NCBI RefSeq assembly: GCF_025526975.1
Contig: NW_026515703.1
Location: forward strand, 124,001-188,000
Source of the DNA: Fimicolochytrium jonesii
Taxonomy: Eukaryota
Direction of reading: 5' to 3'
DNA length: 64,000 nucleotides
Below are positions 24,942-38,709 of this stretch, piece after piece; positions within the stretch are counted from its first letter, which is position 1; the number at the start of each line of letters is the position of its first letter. A program made the translations under genes and the position numbers. Below the pieces are notes generated by a model. That model did not search any database, was not told the DNA's origin, and saw only the letters and a list, made by a program, of their open reading frames with translations.

Positions 24942-25947
24942 ATGTCTGCAAGTGACGTCGACACCACCAAGCGTCTCGCCTTCATCGGTAGGTGAAGCGG
25001 TGTTGGCTCTGGATGGAAATGGGAGCTTGTAATGGGTCCTTTCATCTATCACGAGGGGAACCACTGAACGCCATTCTTTCCCTTTCCCCGCAATAGGCGG
25101 CGGCAACATGGGCGCGGCCATAATCGGCGGTCTCATCTCCGCCGGCTACTCCCCGAAAAACATCATCGTCTCCGAACCCGACGCGCACGCCCGCTCCAAG
25201 CTCGAAGCAACCTTCGGCGTCCTCACCACCGCCGACAACAGCGCCGCAGTCGCCTTCTCCACCGCTTCAACCACCTCAGGCGACCAGGGCGCCGACCTCG
25301 TCATGCTGGCCGTCAAGCCGCAAATCATGAAAGACGTCGCGACGGGCGTCTCCGCCGCCGTGCTGCAACACAAACCGGTCGTCGTCACCATAGCGGCCGG
25401 GATCGTCCTCTCCGACCTCGACAAATGGCTCCGTTCGTCATCGTCCGACTCCTCCTCCGCACCCTCCCTCGTCCGCTGCATGCCCAACACCCCCGCCCTC
25501 GTCTCCGAAGGCGCCGCCGGCCTCTACGCCACGGCCGCCACCACCGCCCCGCAGAAACAACTGGCGGCCTCCGTCCTATCCGCCGTCTCCAAAGCACTCT
25601 ACTGGGTCGACTCCGAACACCTCCTGGACGTCGTCACGGGCGTCTCCGGCTCGGGCCCCGCGTACTTCTTCCTCATCGTGGAAGCCATGGCCAACGCCGG
25701 CAAGGAGCTGGGGTTGCCGTATGATGTGGCCTATGGGCTGGCGAGGCAGACGTGTCTTGGGGCCGGGAGGATGATGGTGAGTACGGGGGAGGATCCGGCC
25801 GAGTTGAGAAGGAAGGTTACCAGCCCGAATGGAACGACGCATGCGGCGGTTGTGTCGTTGGAGGCGAGTGGGGTTAGGGAGGCCGTTAGAGAGGCTGTGG
25901 TTAAGGCCACGGAGAGGAGTGAGGAGATGGGCAAGCTTTTTGCCTAA
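24942..25947 (+). CDS. PRO3: Pyrroline-5-carboxylate reductase
   Basis: Intron 24988-25096 gives LAFIGGGNMG; LAVKPQ, RCMPNTP, GSGPAY and VTSPNGTT motifs. Confidence 0.96.
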
Positions 25948-26170
25948 GTGGGGGGGGGGGGGGGGGATCGGGAGGACTTGGCGCATGGCGTAGCAGAGAC
26001 CTGCGTGTCTGCATCACCAGTCTCACTATTTCTTCGGGTGTAACATTTTCTTTCGCGTTGTGCCTTTGCAGCGTATGTATATTCCTTCCAAAATCATATT
26101 TACAAAACGGAAACTGTGCCCCCAATAATGTCCCAAAAGGACAGGCCCATCACTGCCGTCTCCCCTTGCC

Positions 26171-28492
26171 CTACTTCAGTTTCACCCTCCCAAAAACCGT
26201 CGGCTGCACCCCACTCAGATCCCTCCCCTCCTCCTGTACCTTATTCCGACATGCCTCCATAACCTCCTTCACAGTCGCCTTGTCCAAATCATCCCGTCTC
26301 CCAAGCAACCACTCAAAAAACTCCAACGGACAGTCCGGGTACGCCCTCCACATGCTGTAAAAGTCCAAAAACGCCATCCTCGGATTACTCTCCACAAACG
26401 CGACGATCTTCTCGATGGGCTCGAACGCGGCCGTGACGCGTTTCGCTGTTTTGTAGAGATTGAAGAACGTGGTGAGTTGGGCGAGGTCGGACCGGATCTT
26501 GTCGGGGGCGGCGGGCATCCGGAATTTGACCGTCTTGTTGCGGAAGGACTCGATGTACGCGCCGACGACCCGGTCCATCAGCTCCGTCGTGAAGCGCGTG
26601 AACAGGTACTCGGCCATCACGGCCGCGAAATCCTCGCAGTAGTCCTCGAGGGTGCCGACGACGAAGCGCATGATGTCCTGGTCGTACCATTGAGGGTGCG
26701 TGTGTAAGAGACTGAACGCCGGGCGGAGGTCGATGAGGATGATGTCGACGAGGATCTGCGACGCGCGGCGTGAGAGTTTCATGAACCCGTCGGCGGCGGC
26801 TTTGATTTGTTCCTCAAGGAGGGGCTGGAACGAGGCGTCGATGAGCTGTTCGATACGCTGCAAGAGCTGTTCGCTGAATTCGGAGGAGCGGAGACAGTCG
26901 TTGGCGAGCGCTACGAGGTATTCCGGTAAGCCTTCTGCGATTTCTGATGATGTGTGGTGCGATTTGGAGGGGGCGGGGTCGAGGAATTTGGCGTACTCGG
27001 CGTCCATGATCCGCGTCCAAGCCTTATGGAACTCATCGAGCATCCGGCAGCATTCCTTGACGACGTTGTAGAGGAGTTCCCCGCGGGAGGAGGAGGAGAC
27101 GAGGTCGATTTGCTGGTTGAACATCTGGAAGACGATCACGGAGCCGGCGAGGAGGTAGTTATCTGACCCGTCTGTCTCGGGGGCCGTGCGGCGTTGGAGG
27201 AAGTCGACGGTTTCGGTTTGGAGGATGTTGGACAGCCATTCGGCGAGTTTCGTGCGGACCAGTTTGACGTACTCGCCGGTCAATTGCTCTTCTTGCCCGT
27301 CGAGGAGCCGCGGCTCGAGGAGTTCCTCGGAGACGTCTAGCCGCGACGACATGGACGCGTAGTAGTCCCCGACCCACGTGAGCAGCTGCAAGATAAACCC
27401 GGGCTCGATCTCCGCCGCGGCCGTGATCTGGTTCACGACGTCGTAGATCGCGCGGTGGTACTCCAGCACATAAAAGTGAAAAATATTGTACCGTTTCGGG
27501 AACCGCGGGACTAGCTCGTCATGTACTAGTATCAAGTTATCCACGATCGTGTCGAATTGGGCCAGCACTTCGGGCAGGTTGTCCCTGTTCTTGACGTACA
27601 TCTGCCCGATCTCCTCTACTATCGAGTCGCGGAGGGCGTCGAAGAACTTGATGCGGTAGGATTTGATCGGCCGCGGGCGGGACGCGTCGTACGAAGAGAC
27701 TTCGTCGGCGCTGGAGGTGGGTGATGTTGCGAATGCGGGTGCTTCTTGGATCGAAGCGAGCTCGTCGGCGCGTTCTTCGGTTTCGATGATCTTGACGATG
27801 CGGACGACCGTTGATGCGTGGCCGGTTTTGATCAGGTCGACCGTCTGCCGCGCGACCTTGAACAAGTGATTCTCGAAATCCTGCTCCAGTTGGTCGACTT
27901 TGTGGAAATAATCGTGGAGGGTGTTGAGCACGTCCGGCGGGGACCGTCTCGCCTTCGCCAGCGTGGTATTCCGGAACGTTTCTAACCCCTGCAGCTTGAA
28001 ATGCACCAACAGCAAATTCGGCGCTGGGCCGAGCAACCTCTCCTCATCATCCGCCAACAACGACCTAATCCTCGCCACCTGACTATTCAACTGCTGGAAC
28101 TGCTCCACCATCGCCTTAGTGCTCACAAAATTCTGATGCGTGCGCGAAATCTTCTTAATCCGTGCATAATTCCTAATCGTGTTCTGCGCCGCCGTGCAGC
28201 GCTCATCGATGCTCTTCAGGTTCCCCCTTACTTTCTCATTCTCGGCATACGTGAACGCGAGATTATCCAGTCCGCGCTGGGCGTCGTCCAACTGCGATTC
28301 AACTGCCGTTTTCAGTTGCGCGTCGATGGAGGCGCGTTCGAGGTTGAAGCGTTTGCGGATGGAGCTCAGCTTGTTGGTTAGGTCGTCCGGGTGCCGGAGG
28401 AGATCGGCGATCCGGAAGACGGCGGTTTCCGTTGCGTCGGTGACAACGTCTGAGGTGTTGTTGATATCCAGGTAGGTGCTGCCGGTCGTCAT
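26171..28492 (-). CDS. SEC6: Exocyst component Sec6 (EXOC3)
   Basis: ~773-aa helical ORF with LLRHPDDL..K, IDAQLK, VRIVKIIETEE, LVALAND and LLGRRDD features typical of Sec6. Confidence 0.9.
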   Translation of the reverse strand: MTTGSTYLDINNTSDVVTDATETAVFRIADLLRHPDDLTNKLSSIRKRFNLERASIDAQLKTAVESQLDDAQRGLDNLAFTYAENEKVRGNLKSIDERCTAAQNTIRNYARIKKISRTHQNFVSTKAMVEQFQQLNSQVARIRSLLADDEERLLGPAPNLLLVHFKLQGLETFRNTTLAKARRSPPDVLNTLHDYFHKVDQLEQDFENHLFKVARQTVDLIKTGHASTVVRIVKIIETEERADELASIQEAPAFATSPTSSADEVSSYDASRPRPIKSYRIKFFDALRDSIVEEIGQMYVKNRDNLPEVLAQFDTIVDNLILVHDELVPRFPKRYNIFHFYVLEYHRAIYDVVNQITAAAEIEPGFILQLLTWVGDYYASMSSRLDVSEELLEPRLLDGQEEQLTGEYVKLVRTKLAEWLSNILQTETVDFLQRRTAPETDGSDNYLLAGSVIVFQMFNQQIDLVSSSSRGELLYNVVKECCRMLDEFHKAWTRIMDAEYAKFLDPAPSKSHHTSSEIAEGLPEYLVALANDCLRSSEFSEQLLQRIEQLIDASFQPLLEEQIKAAADGFMKLSRRASQILVDIILIDLRPAFSLLHTHPQWYDQDIMRFVVGTLEDYCEDFAAVMAEYLFTRFTTELMDRVVGAYIESFRNKTVKFRMPAAPDKIRSDLAQLTTFFNLYKTAKRVTAAFEPIEKIVAFVESNPRMAFLDFYSMWRAYPDCPLEFFEWLLGRRDDLDKATVKEVMEACRNKVQEEGRDLSGVQPTVFGRVKLK

Positions 28493-29328
28493 GGCTGCGG
28501 TCTCTCCCACTTGCGAAGCGGGTGGGCTGGGAATGGGCTTTTACAACTGTGACATATCCTCCCAAATGGGAACCCTTCCACTGTAGCTCCCTATGCACCG
28601 GTTGTGGTTTGATTTCCAGCAAAGTCCTGCAAGCCTCGACAGGTCTCCACAGTGTGACCTTCACGAACGCTCAACCCCTGCCCCTCACTATGCGTGCCAC
28701 GATGAGCGCCAAGATGAGTGGAATTAGTGCCCCCGAAATCCTTCCCACGTCGGGCAAAACGGCGTGTTTTGCCGTATCCTCTGAACCTGGCAATATGGAC
28801 GAATGGGAAGCGCGAGCTGCACCGGCAAGGTGGAGTTGGGTTGGGCTGGTTGCTGTGGGGGGAACGGTCTCTATGCACTCAGGGGAACGGGAGTAAGTCG
28901 GAGGTTGGAGTCCCCAAACAGGCAGAGGGTGGGAGCAAACTTGAGTGACAAACGCGTTGGGCATTTCGCGTCGCCTTCACATATTCAACCCCGAGGGTAG
29001 CTGGAGTCGGACACCACCGGTTTCGGCAAGCGGGCGGGGCTAGCTGCATTCGCAAGCGATAGGTAGGGTAAAATGGACGGAGGTGAATGTGGTGCATTCA
29101 TAGGTGGATTGGAACCAGAGGATTCCATTGGACTGGTAGGGCAGTCAGTACACGTTTTTCGAATCGATGTTATGGCGATCCATTCCTCCGAGGTATCTTC
29201 TACTACAACATACAGAATATACAAGCATTCACCCTCTCCCGTTACTTCCAAGAAAGTAAACCCTCCACTCCATGAATCTACAACTAAAACAAACGCACTA
29301 CTTACAATCCCCCTCTTCATACAACCTC

Positions 29329-31068
29329 TCATCTACCCCCAACCAAAACACTCCCGCTGCTCCCACCAGCCCTCCCCACACCCTCCCGAACCTCCCTCAC
29401 CCTGCCCCTCACCGCCGCCAGCACCGTCCACACCCCCACCCAACGCCGCGTTATGCGACTCACAGAATGCGAGGACTGAGTGAGGAGACGGATTGGGTGG
29501 GGTGTCGGTAGCGATATTGTTTGTAACGTCGCGGACGGGGTCGAAGAGAGGGACTGGAGTGCGAGGTGTTGGGTGTGTTGGATGAAGCTGAAGATGCCGA
29601 GGAGGATGAGGGACAGGGTGTATTCGGCGGTGAGGAGGGAGTCGTTGAGTGCTGTGAGGGTCGGGACGGTTAGGGAAGGCGATGTGGGGAAGGTAAATGC
29701 CGTGATGGTTGTGGTGGTGATGGGTGTGAAGGTGGTGGACGCCGGGGTATGTGTCATGACGGATGGTGTTTGTGGCATTTCGCTTTCTCCTTCCTGTTCG
29801 TGCTCCAATGTCGATGGTGATACCTCAACAGACGAGGCGAGTGACGACGCGGCACGGACAGCCCGTTCCACCATCGGCTCCACAACCGCCTCATAAGCAC
29901 CCGGACCCGCTCTCAACACGGCCCCCAAAACCCTCCCCACCCTCTCAACCGCGTCCTCATCCACCTCGAAAGCCGGAAACGATAGGCGCGCCCAGAGTCT
30001 AGTCGCTTGCGTTATCAGAGCCCATAGGCATGCTGTGGCGATGGGCGTGAGTCGATTCGCGAGGGCAACGGTGATGGTGCCGCTGACCGTCCATGTCCGC
30101 AACAACACAGCCGACCAGACATGCGCTACCTGGAACCCGGCCTGCAACCCCCCAAACGCAGCGTTCCCCACCCGCAACATAAGCGGTCGCACCATCATCC
30201 CATACGCAGTCCGAGCGGTGTACATCGCCACAGGGCGGGTCAGCGTAACCAGCCTTAACCCCCTCCCGAAAACCCAGGTGCCGATCCATGCAGACATGCC
30301 CGCAACCCCCGCAACCTCACCCACAACGCCAGTCGCCACCCTCACCCCGCTCCTCGTCATTCCCCACACCGTCATCCCCACCTCCTTGCCCACAACCCGC
30401 ACAACGCGGGCGGGGAGGGATACCCACACCGTCCACATCCCAGTCGTGATGATATATGAGGTGTTGGTGATGTGACGGAGTATCGCCGTGGCGTGCCCCG
30501 AATGAAACAAGGAGTAGAGATAGTGCAACGTGCCGAGGGTGCCGAGGGTGAGGCCGCGGGCGGTGAGGTACACCAGGATTGCGGGTGCCGTTACCAGTCT
30601 AGAAATGAAGAATAAGTCTTGTCCGTTTGAAAACTCTAGAAATCACCCACCAACTCACCTAACACCCCGCACCCCCCTCTCCCGCCCCTCCTCACTAACC
30701 TCAAACTCCTCATCCACATCATCCCTAACTGCGTCCCCCACCCCAACCAACACATCCCACAGCGCCCTCCCCACCCCGCACCCCGCGACCAACCCCAACA
30801 TCAGCATATACGCCACCACGAGCAGGGGAATGAGGTATGTGTACTGCCATTGGGCAAATAAAAGTGACGTGGTTAGGATTAGGGTCGATGGGGCTGGATG
30901 AGAGGGGAATTCGAGGGGAGATGTGCGGGTGTTTTGAGGATTCGAAAGCGCGAGTTCATTGGATGCGGTGGTGGGTGGAGTGAAATAAGAGGCGACTGAA
31001 GCGGGGATATTCGCCGCCTTGCTGTCCTCGTACTCGTCGTCATTGGCGTAGAGTGTTTCCGTTTGCAT
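29329..31068 (-). CDS. Hypothetical membrane-associated protein, two exons
   Basis: Intron 30658-30599 (AG|GTGAGT ... TAG|A) joins ORFs 30655-31068 and 29329-30573 in frame; hydrophobic segments; no family recognised. Confidence 0.6.
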
Positions 31069-31406
31069 TCCCTTTCTCTGTCGCCGACAAGGGGTGACGA
31101 AATGAGGCTAATGAAGCTGGTTTCAGTGCCAGAGGGCGGCTATGAGGGAGGACGATATGCGGCTTGCTTTACAGCTTCTAACTGCAGAGTATAGTCGGAG
31201 GAAGCTACACGTATCTGCAGTCGTTCAGCGGGGGTCTTATATACAGTACGAGGGAGGGTTTTGAGAAGGGAGCGAACGCCAAGAAAAAAGAGGCGCTGGA
31301 GGGGAATGACAAACGCGTCGGGGAGATGCACGTCTATTGCCCAAGAGAGACGAATCCCCTGCCCAAAGCTACGGCCTCCCATCCCCGCTACATCCAGTCC
31401 ACACGG

Positions 31407-33091
<1,685 letters not shown>

Positions 33092-34407
33092 CGCGCTGAG
33101 GATGACGAGCAGCCACTCTGTCTTGGAGTTGGAGGCGGGTCGCTGGTCGCTGTGAGGTTCAAGAGGGATGCTTCAATCTTAATCCGGGGCCAGATCCCTG
33201 TGCGTCGAGGATGTGACCTCACCTCTAATTGACGCGGCCGTGTGCAAGATGCGTGAATTGGAAGAGAGCCACGACCTGTTGTCTACAGTTGCAACGTGGA
33301 GCTCCGTCCGTTATCCATTGCACTACGTACTGTGCCGTCTGTACAATATCTATAGGGAATGGATCCATATGGCACCCCCCCATAGCCCATATATATATAT
33401 ACTGTACCGTTCTAGCCAACCCCCTAATAAGACCCCCTTTGGCCTCTTTTTGACAGTTTTTGCATGCTGTCATTTTCACGTTCACCTCTGACTTTGGAGA
33501 TTTTCCTTTTGCCTTTCCCCTGGAAAAAACATGGTACTGTCGATCAGCAAATCAAGTCGGAAGACGTGCACATATGTATGAATCCGCTCCTCTACGCCAT
33601 GCATCAACCAATGACCGGACCGCACTCTCCAGAGGCTTCTCGAAGAGGCTTGCCGTCTTCACCGAGCGGACGAACATCCATCTGGTATTTTTCCCTTCTT
33701 ACGTATGGGAAAAGAAAGCAACGCGAAATGATGTACTAACTTGAAGCCCCTAGATCATGCATCGTTCCTCAGGAAGCCGATCCACGTTCTGACGACGGTG
33801 TGGAACAAGTATAAGTTGGTGTCCGGCGCGGGTGGTCCGGCGCAGGAGATGGTGTCCGGCGCACGTATATCTCAAATGTCTGTTCTCTTAGCAGGACGCA
33901 CGTCTCATTCTTGAAACAACAGACATCCTGGATCACCTCTACGGCATCGTAAAGTGGTGCAACCATTCCGTTGACCATGTCGGCAAGACGTGCACGAACC
34001 GGCGGCCGGTGCGGATTTCTCGACCATCTCTCTAGTACCAGCGCATGGGCAATGTCCGTTCTGTGAGAGCACTATGCCAACATGTGAATGCCGCTGGCCC
34101 ATTGGATATCAAAAGCCGTCAGGATCCTCAGTTTGCGATCTTCGCACACCCTTCCACTTACTAGCACATCCTCACCTCAAGTCAACCGGAGAACTAAGAA
34201 CGATGTTGCATATGATATTTGGGTTGATTTAATTGCGAAGATTAGGGTCTACTATCTATCTATCTCCAGTATCTACCCAGCAGCAGCAGGTTGGCGATAA
34301 GCCGTAGAAAGGAACACCCGCGGCCTGCAAGCCGTTGGTAAGGTATATATTGTACAAGATGTGATGGGGTTGGGTCAATCTGCGAGTGCGTACGCCTGTT
34401 GCGAATC

Positions 34408-36411
34408 TCATATCTTGATCTTCCGCAGTCCGCCTTTAGCAATACACGCCACGTAAACATAGCCCGGTTCCTCCGTGACCGCGATGTCGGCTACGCCCCA
34501 CTCACATCCTGTGTTATACTTTGCCTTCAAGCCCTCCCCATAGAAGCTATAAATATGAAGATCTGGACTGCTGGCCGAGGCGGTGTACAACTCTCCCCCG
34601 TTGATGGAGAGGGTAGTAACGCCTATGCTGATATAATCCCTGACGACGGTACGCCACTCGCGAGTGTTGAATTCGGCAGCGAAGACACCAGTATCGTTCC
34701 TAACGAGCACTTTCCCATCTTTGTGATTGCCTGGGTGCCGTGCAAACCCGAGACCATCAACAACCGCAAACCCGAGACCATCAACAACCGGGAATCCCGG
34801 GATCGTGACGTTAGAGAAGGCCGAGATCGGAATGAGGCTGCTGCTGTTTCGATAAAGAGTTTGGGGAACAATCGGCGGAATCTCGTACTGTACGAACTGC
34901 TGGGAATATAGCAGGCTCAGGCGGGTGCCCGACGCGTCCATCACGACTTGCTGTGGATTATTCCCGTGCTCAGGGTTCGCGTCCGGTTTGTAAAGTTCGA
35001 GAGTAAAGAGCAGCTTGTCCTCCTTCGTGTCGTAGACGAGTACGTTGTATTTATCACGACCGTCGAAGAGATGGGAATCGGTAGTTTCTCTAATCAGGAA
35101 CAGGCGGTGGTTTACCCCGTCAACACCGATGATTTTGGCAGGAAACGGGAGAGGGACGGGTTTGATCGGATAAGGTGCCGGTATCATTAGCGGTGGTGCT
35201 ACGTCTCCACTATCGGTGTTGCGGTGGGTGCCGTCCACTGTGAAGTAGCTAAGGGTGGATATGGCGTCGACGACTCGCGTGGCATAGATGCGTTCAAAAT
35301 TGTCGGTGTCGGGGTAAGGAGCAATGGATACGACTCGGTACTCCTCGTATAGGGACGTATCCTCCCATCCACCATCGAGCCAAACGGTCGGGCCGTCAAG
35401 ACTCGGAATAAGCCTCCCCATAGACTGCACGTTCCCCAGGGCCCACAGGGTAGGCGGCACGGTATTGTTGGCCGAGGACCCGGTCCGCAAGAGTTGCGTC
35501 CATGCCGTGTTCGGGTTCTCTTCAAACACACGGACGACGGTGCCCGGGACCGGCGGGCGGAATTTGAGGTAAAGCAAGACCCCCGCCACAATACCGGCGA
35601 TCAACAGCGCCCCGACACTCAGATATATCTTCCTTTTCTTGGTCAGCGGCGGGATGGTGATTGACTTGAGCGGCCGCGCCCGATAAGCGGGTGGCGGATC
35701 GATATGTCGCACCTCCTCCGCAGCCTCGAGATCTCCATTGCGTCCACCCAGAGTCTGCATCTCGATGCTCCCGTCCGCATTCTGAACCGCAGCTGCACCA
35801 GCCCGGCGCGGACGGGGCTCATAGGGCTGCACAATCAGTACGTGCACCCTTCCATCGAGATCGCGTTTACAAAACTGCGGTAGAGCGTCATGCAGCGTTG
35901 CGGTAGGCCGCATTCGCACCGCTGACGCAAACAACTGCATTAGGTGCGACTCTTCATCTTCCTGTTCAACCTCAGTGGCGCTGTCCGGGCCGTGCTCTGA
36001 GTCCGCTAACCGTGGATCACGGGCCATTAAGTTTTCGGCGCGTACATCGTAGAACCTCAGCACGTCCGGATGCACTCTACTCGTAGACGACCTAGATGAC
36101 GAGCTGGAGTGTCGACTGAGGCTCCGTGTGCTGCTCTGGTCATTGTTCTGCGTCTCGGTCTCTGCAGCGGTTGGTGGGAAGAGGTCGTGGTCGTCTGCGG
36201 CGAGCTGGGCCAAGTCAGCGACCGTGGTGCTTGTCGGTGGAAGCACGAAGGTGGTGACGGCGCCTGGTCTGCCGAGGACAGCAACGAGGAATGGTTGTGG
36301 GATCTCTGCAGGTATGATACTGGTGGAGGCCGGTCCCATACTGGTGGAGGACGAGGGACCGGCCGATGATGCCCCGCTGGGGCGGTGAGGCTCCGTCAGG
36401 TTTCCGAGCAT
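34408..36411 (-). CDS. Single-pass membrane protein with PPxY motif and beta-rich (propeller-like) C-terminal domain
   Basis: 667-aa ORF; PPPAY followed by KKRK and TM segment IYLSVGALLIAGIVAGVLLYL; repeated short beta strands (VLVYD, LYTAS, VYVAC). Confidence 0.7.
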   Translation of the reverse strand: MLGNLTEPHRPSGASSAGPSSSTSMGPASTSIIPAEIPQPFLVAVLGRPGAVTTFVLPPTSTTVADLAQLAADDHDLFPPTAAETETQNNDQSSTRSLSRHSSSSSRSSTSRVHPDVLRFYDVRAENLMARDPRLADSEHGPDSATEVEQEDEESHLMQLFASAVRMRPTATLHDALPQFCKRDLDGRVHVLIVQPYEPRPRRAGAAAVQNADGSIEMQTLGGRNGDLEAAEEVRHIDPPPAYRARPLKSITIPPLTKKRKIYLSVGALLIAGIVAGVLLYLKFRPPVPGTVVRVFEENPNTAWTQLLRTGSSANNTVPPTLWALGNVQSMGRLIPSLDGPTVWLDGGWEDTSLYEEYRVVSIAPYPDTDNFERIYATRVVDAISTLSYFTVDGTHRNTDSGDVAPPLMIPAPYPIKPVPLPFPAKIIGVDGVNHRLFLIRETTDSHLFDGRDKYNVLVYDTKEDKLLFTLELYKPDANPEHGNNPQQVVMDASGTRLSLLYSQQFVQYEIPPIVPQTLYRNSSSLIPISAFSNVTIPGFPVVDGLGFAVVDGLGFARHPGNHKDGKVLVRNDTGVFAAEFNTREWRTVVRDYISIGVTTLSINGGELYTASASSPDLHIYSFYGEGLKAKYNTGCEWGVADIAVTEEPGYVYVACIAKGGLRKIKI
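34742..34790. repeat. 24-bp in-frame tandem duplication (VVDGLGFA x2)
   Basis: GCAAACCCGAGACCATCAACAACC twice in tandem. Confidence 0.95.
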
Positions 36412-36924
36412 GGTTATAAGATCCGGTATTGCAGTGGCAGTGGGTGTTTCCGTAACGAAACTTCGGCGGTGGTTCTATTCGTCCAGCGAAGGAGGTGCCG
36501 ACCGTGTGCAGTCAGTAGAGCGCCGGATCGAACTGTTCCCTTGTCCTTGTGCCCTTCTGCCAAAGTAACACTTTCAACCCCAGGCGTAGTTGGACGCGAT
36601 TCTTTCTGCATATGGTACCGGAGGGAATGCTGCCCACAGCTCCTGGGCTCCGCCATTGCGCCTATATATACTGTCCAGGGACGTCGGGCACTGGACGACC
36701 TATGGCGGAGACACCGGCCTGGCAACAAATGGACAAGCTACTACCTGACCGCACATTTTACGGTTTTTGCGTTGTATGCAAATATCTTTGTGCGGTCGGT
36801 TGTTCCTCTGGTTGTTCCTATTGCAGAATTTGGGGTCGTAAAGAGGCCGCACTGTCAAATTGCTGTCAGCTGCAATTACGGCAGCAATTCCCGACATGTC
36901 CGATGTGGAATTTGAGGTCTGGGA

Positions 36925-36966
36925 AGATCTAACATAGACTCCAGTCATAGATCTAACATAGACTCC
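36925..36966. repeat. 18-bp direct repeat just upstream of the CFAP161-like start
   Basis: AGATCTAACATAGACTCC at 36925 and 36949. Confidence 0.9.
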
Positions 36967-36997
36967 CTTTTCCTCCCCACCACGCCCAACTCCCGCA

Positions 36998-38496
36998 ATG
37001 CCCCCCCTAGCAACCCCCGAAACACATGCCCTGCACTCGACAGCCGCCGACATCCTCACCCACCTATCCCGCTCGCAACCCGCCGGCGTGCCCCACCGCA
37101 TCGGAAACTGGAACGAGGAGGCCGTGCTGTACCATGAGCGCATGACTGAGTTCGTAAAGAAGTATCAGAGTGGCGAGGCGGAGGTTGCGAGGTTGAGGCG
37201 ACGGGTTGGCGGGGCGAGGCGGGAGGTGAGAGATGGGAATGTTGGTTGTGGCTTTGGATGGGCAACTTTGCTGACACTCTGAGTTTGCGATTTCTTGTCT
37301 ATGATAGCAAATACTCTCACAAACCCACAGCTACAACGCCCCCCTCATGCTTCAGGTAAGCCCAACCCTCCCTTTGCCACCGACCCCCGAAATCGTCGTC
37401 TAACCCCACCACCACCACCACCACCACCACCACCACCACCTCACCCACAGAACCTCTCAACAAAAACCGTCCTCTCCGTCGACGTCCCCGAGCAACCCAC
37501 CGACACCTACACACTAACAACCGCGCGGGAAACCATGCCCGTCGTGCGGTGTTGTTGGACGTTTGTGTTGTGTGATGTACGTTCATCTCCTCATCCGAGG
37601 TCGTGCTGGAGGTTCACAAGAGCTGATGACTGCCTTTTTTTGTGTGGGGGATGCAGGATAACGGCAACCCAATAGAAGACCGACACGAATACGCTCATGC
37701 ACATGGTTCGAGTATCCGCTACGGCGATAAAGTGTGCATCCTCGTCGAGGGTTTAGGTGACGAGCCCGTAAGTGCCTCTAAAATTCACAGGTCGCATGAT
37801 TCCCAACTTCCGCACCGATTTCTAAACTTGGGTGATATTTTTGTCCCGTAGATGTACTTGAAATCCGCCCAAACCCACCTCTCAACCAACATCTCCAAGT
37901 ACTCGAAACAGCAGGCCGTGTGCGTCGCAGCGGGGCGGGACTATACCGCGGTGTGGCAGTTGGAGCATTTTGAGCTTGGGGAGCGGCCGGAGCGGGAGGG
38001 GACGGGGATTGATGTGAGTACCGAGCGTGAGCGTTTTCGTCATGAGGGGGGGAAGTGAGACTGTATGAAGTGACGGCTGAGAATGAATGCAGGCCCGCCA
38101 CCCGGTCCTGATCCGCCATTGTCTAACGGGGCAGTGTCTTGCTTCGGATGGGGCTTATGTCGTCAGGTAACTTCCCCCCCTCCCTCCGCTCCACTCCCAT
38201 TTTCCAACCCAACAAACTCTAAACCAAGCTTATTGTTGCATAGAAACGACTTTGGCCTCGAATACGAAACCACCTGCCACACCTACCGGCACAACGGAAC
38301 ACGCGCCGAACTACCTCAGAACGCGTGGTTCGTGCGGACGGCCGAGAGCGTGCCTGTTGAGGGGTTGCAGTATTTCCGCAATCAGGGGAGTCAACAAGGG
38401 GGTAGTCAGAATGGTCAAGGGAGGCAGGGGCAGGGACACCTTGGTGGGAGCGGACGGTATGCGTATGCTGGTGGGCGGGATAAGATATGGATTTGA
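36998..38496 (+). CDS. CFAP161: Cilia- and flagella-associated protein 161-like, multi-exon
   Basis: RIGNWNEE, IRYGDKVCI, YLKS..SKYSKQQAV, R.EREG, PVLIRHCLTGQCLA, NDFGLEYE..HT..ELPQNAW motifs across exons. Confidence 0.75.
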
Positions 38497-38709
38497 GGGT
38501 CACGTTGTGGTGGGGGTTTATGTGATGCATTGAGGCGGTGGGGGCTGTACATTCGTGGACAACTGTATTAGGTGTGCAAATTGAGCCCGATATGATTTTG
38601 TGTGTATGGCATGTTACGGTGGCTTCAGAGTAGCCAGGCCGTGGTGGACGTTCTCCTCTCGTTTCTTTGTCGTAGTTTGACGACTGGGGTATATCCCATC
38701 CTCCACTCT

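Noticed and set aside
36700..37015. RFX X-box upstream of the CFAP161-like gene
   Set aside because: Only half-sites (TGGCAAC, TAGCAAC) are present, with no full palindrome
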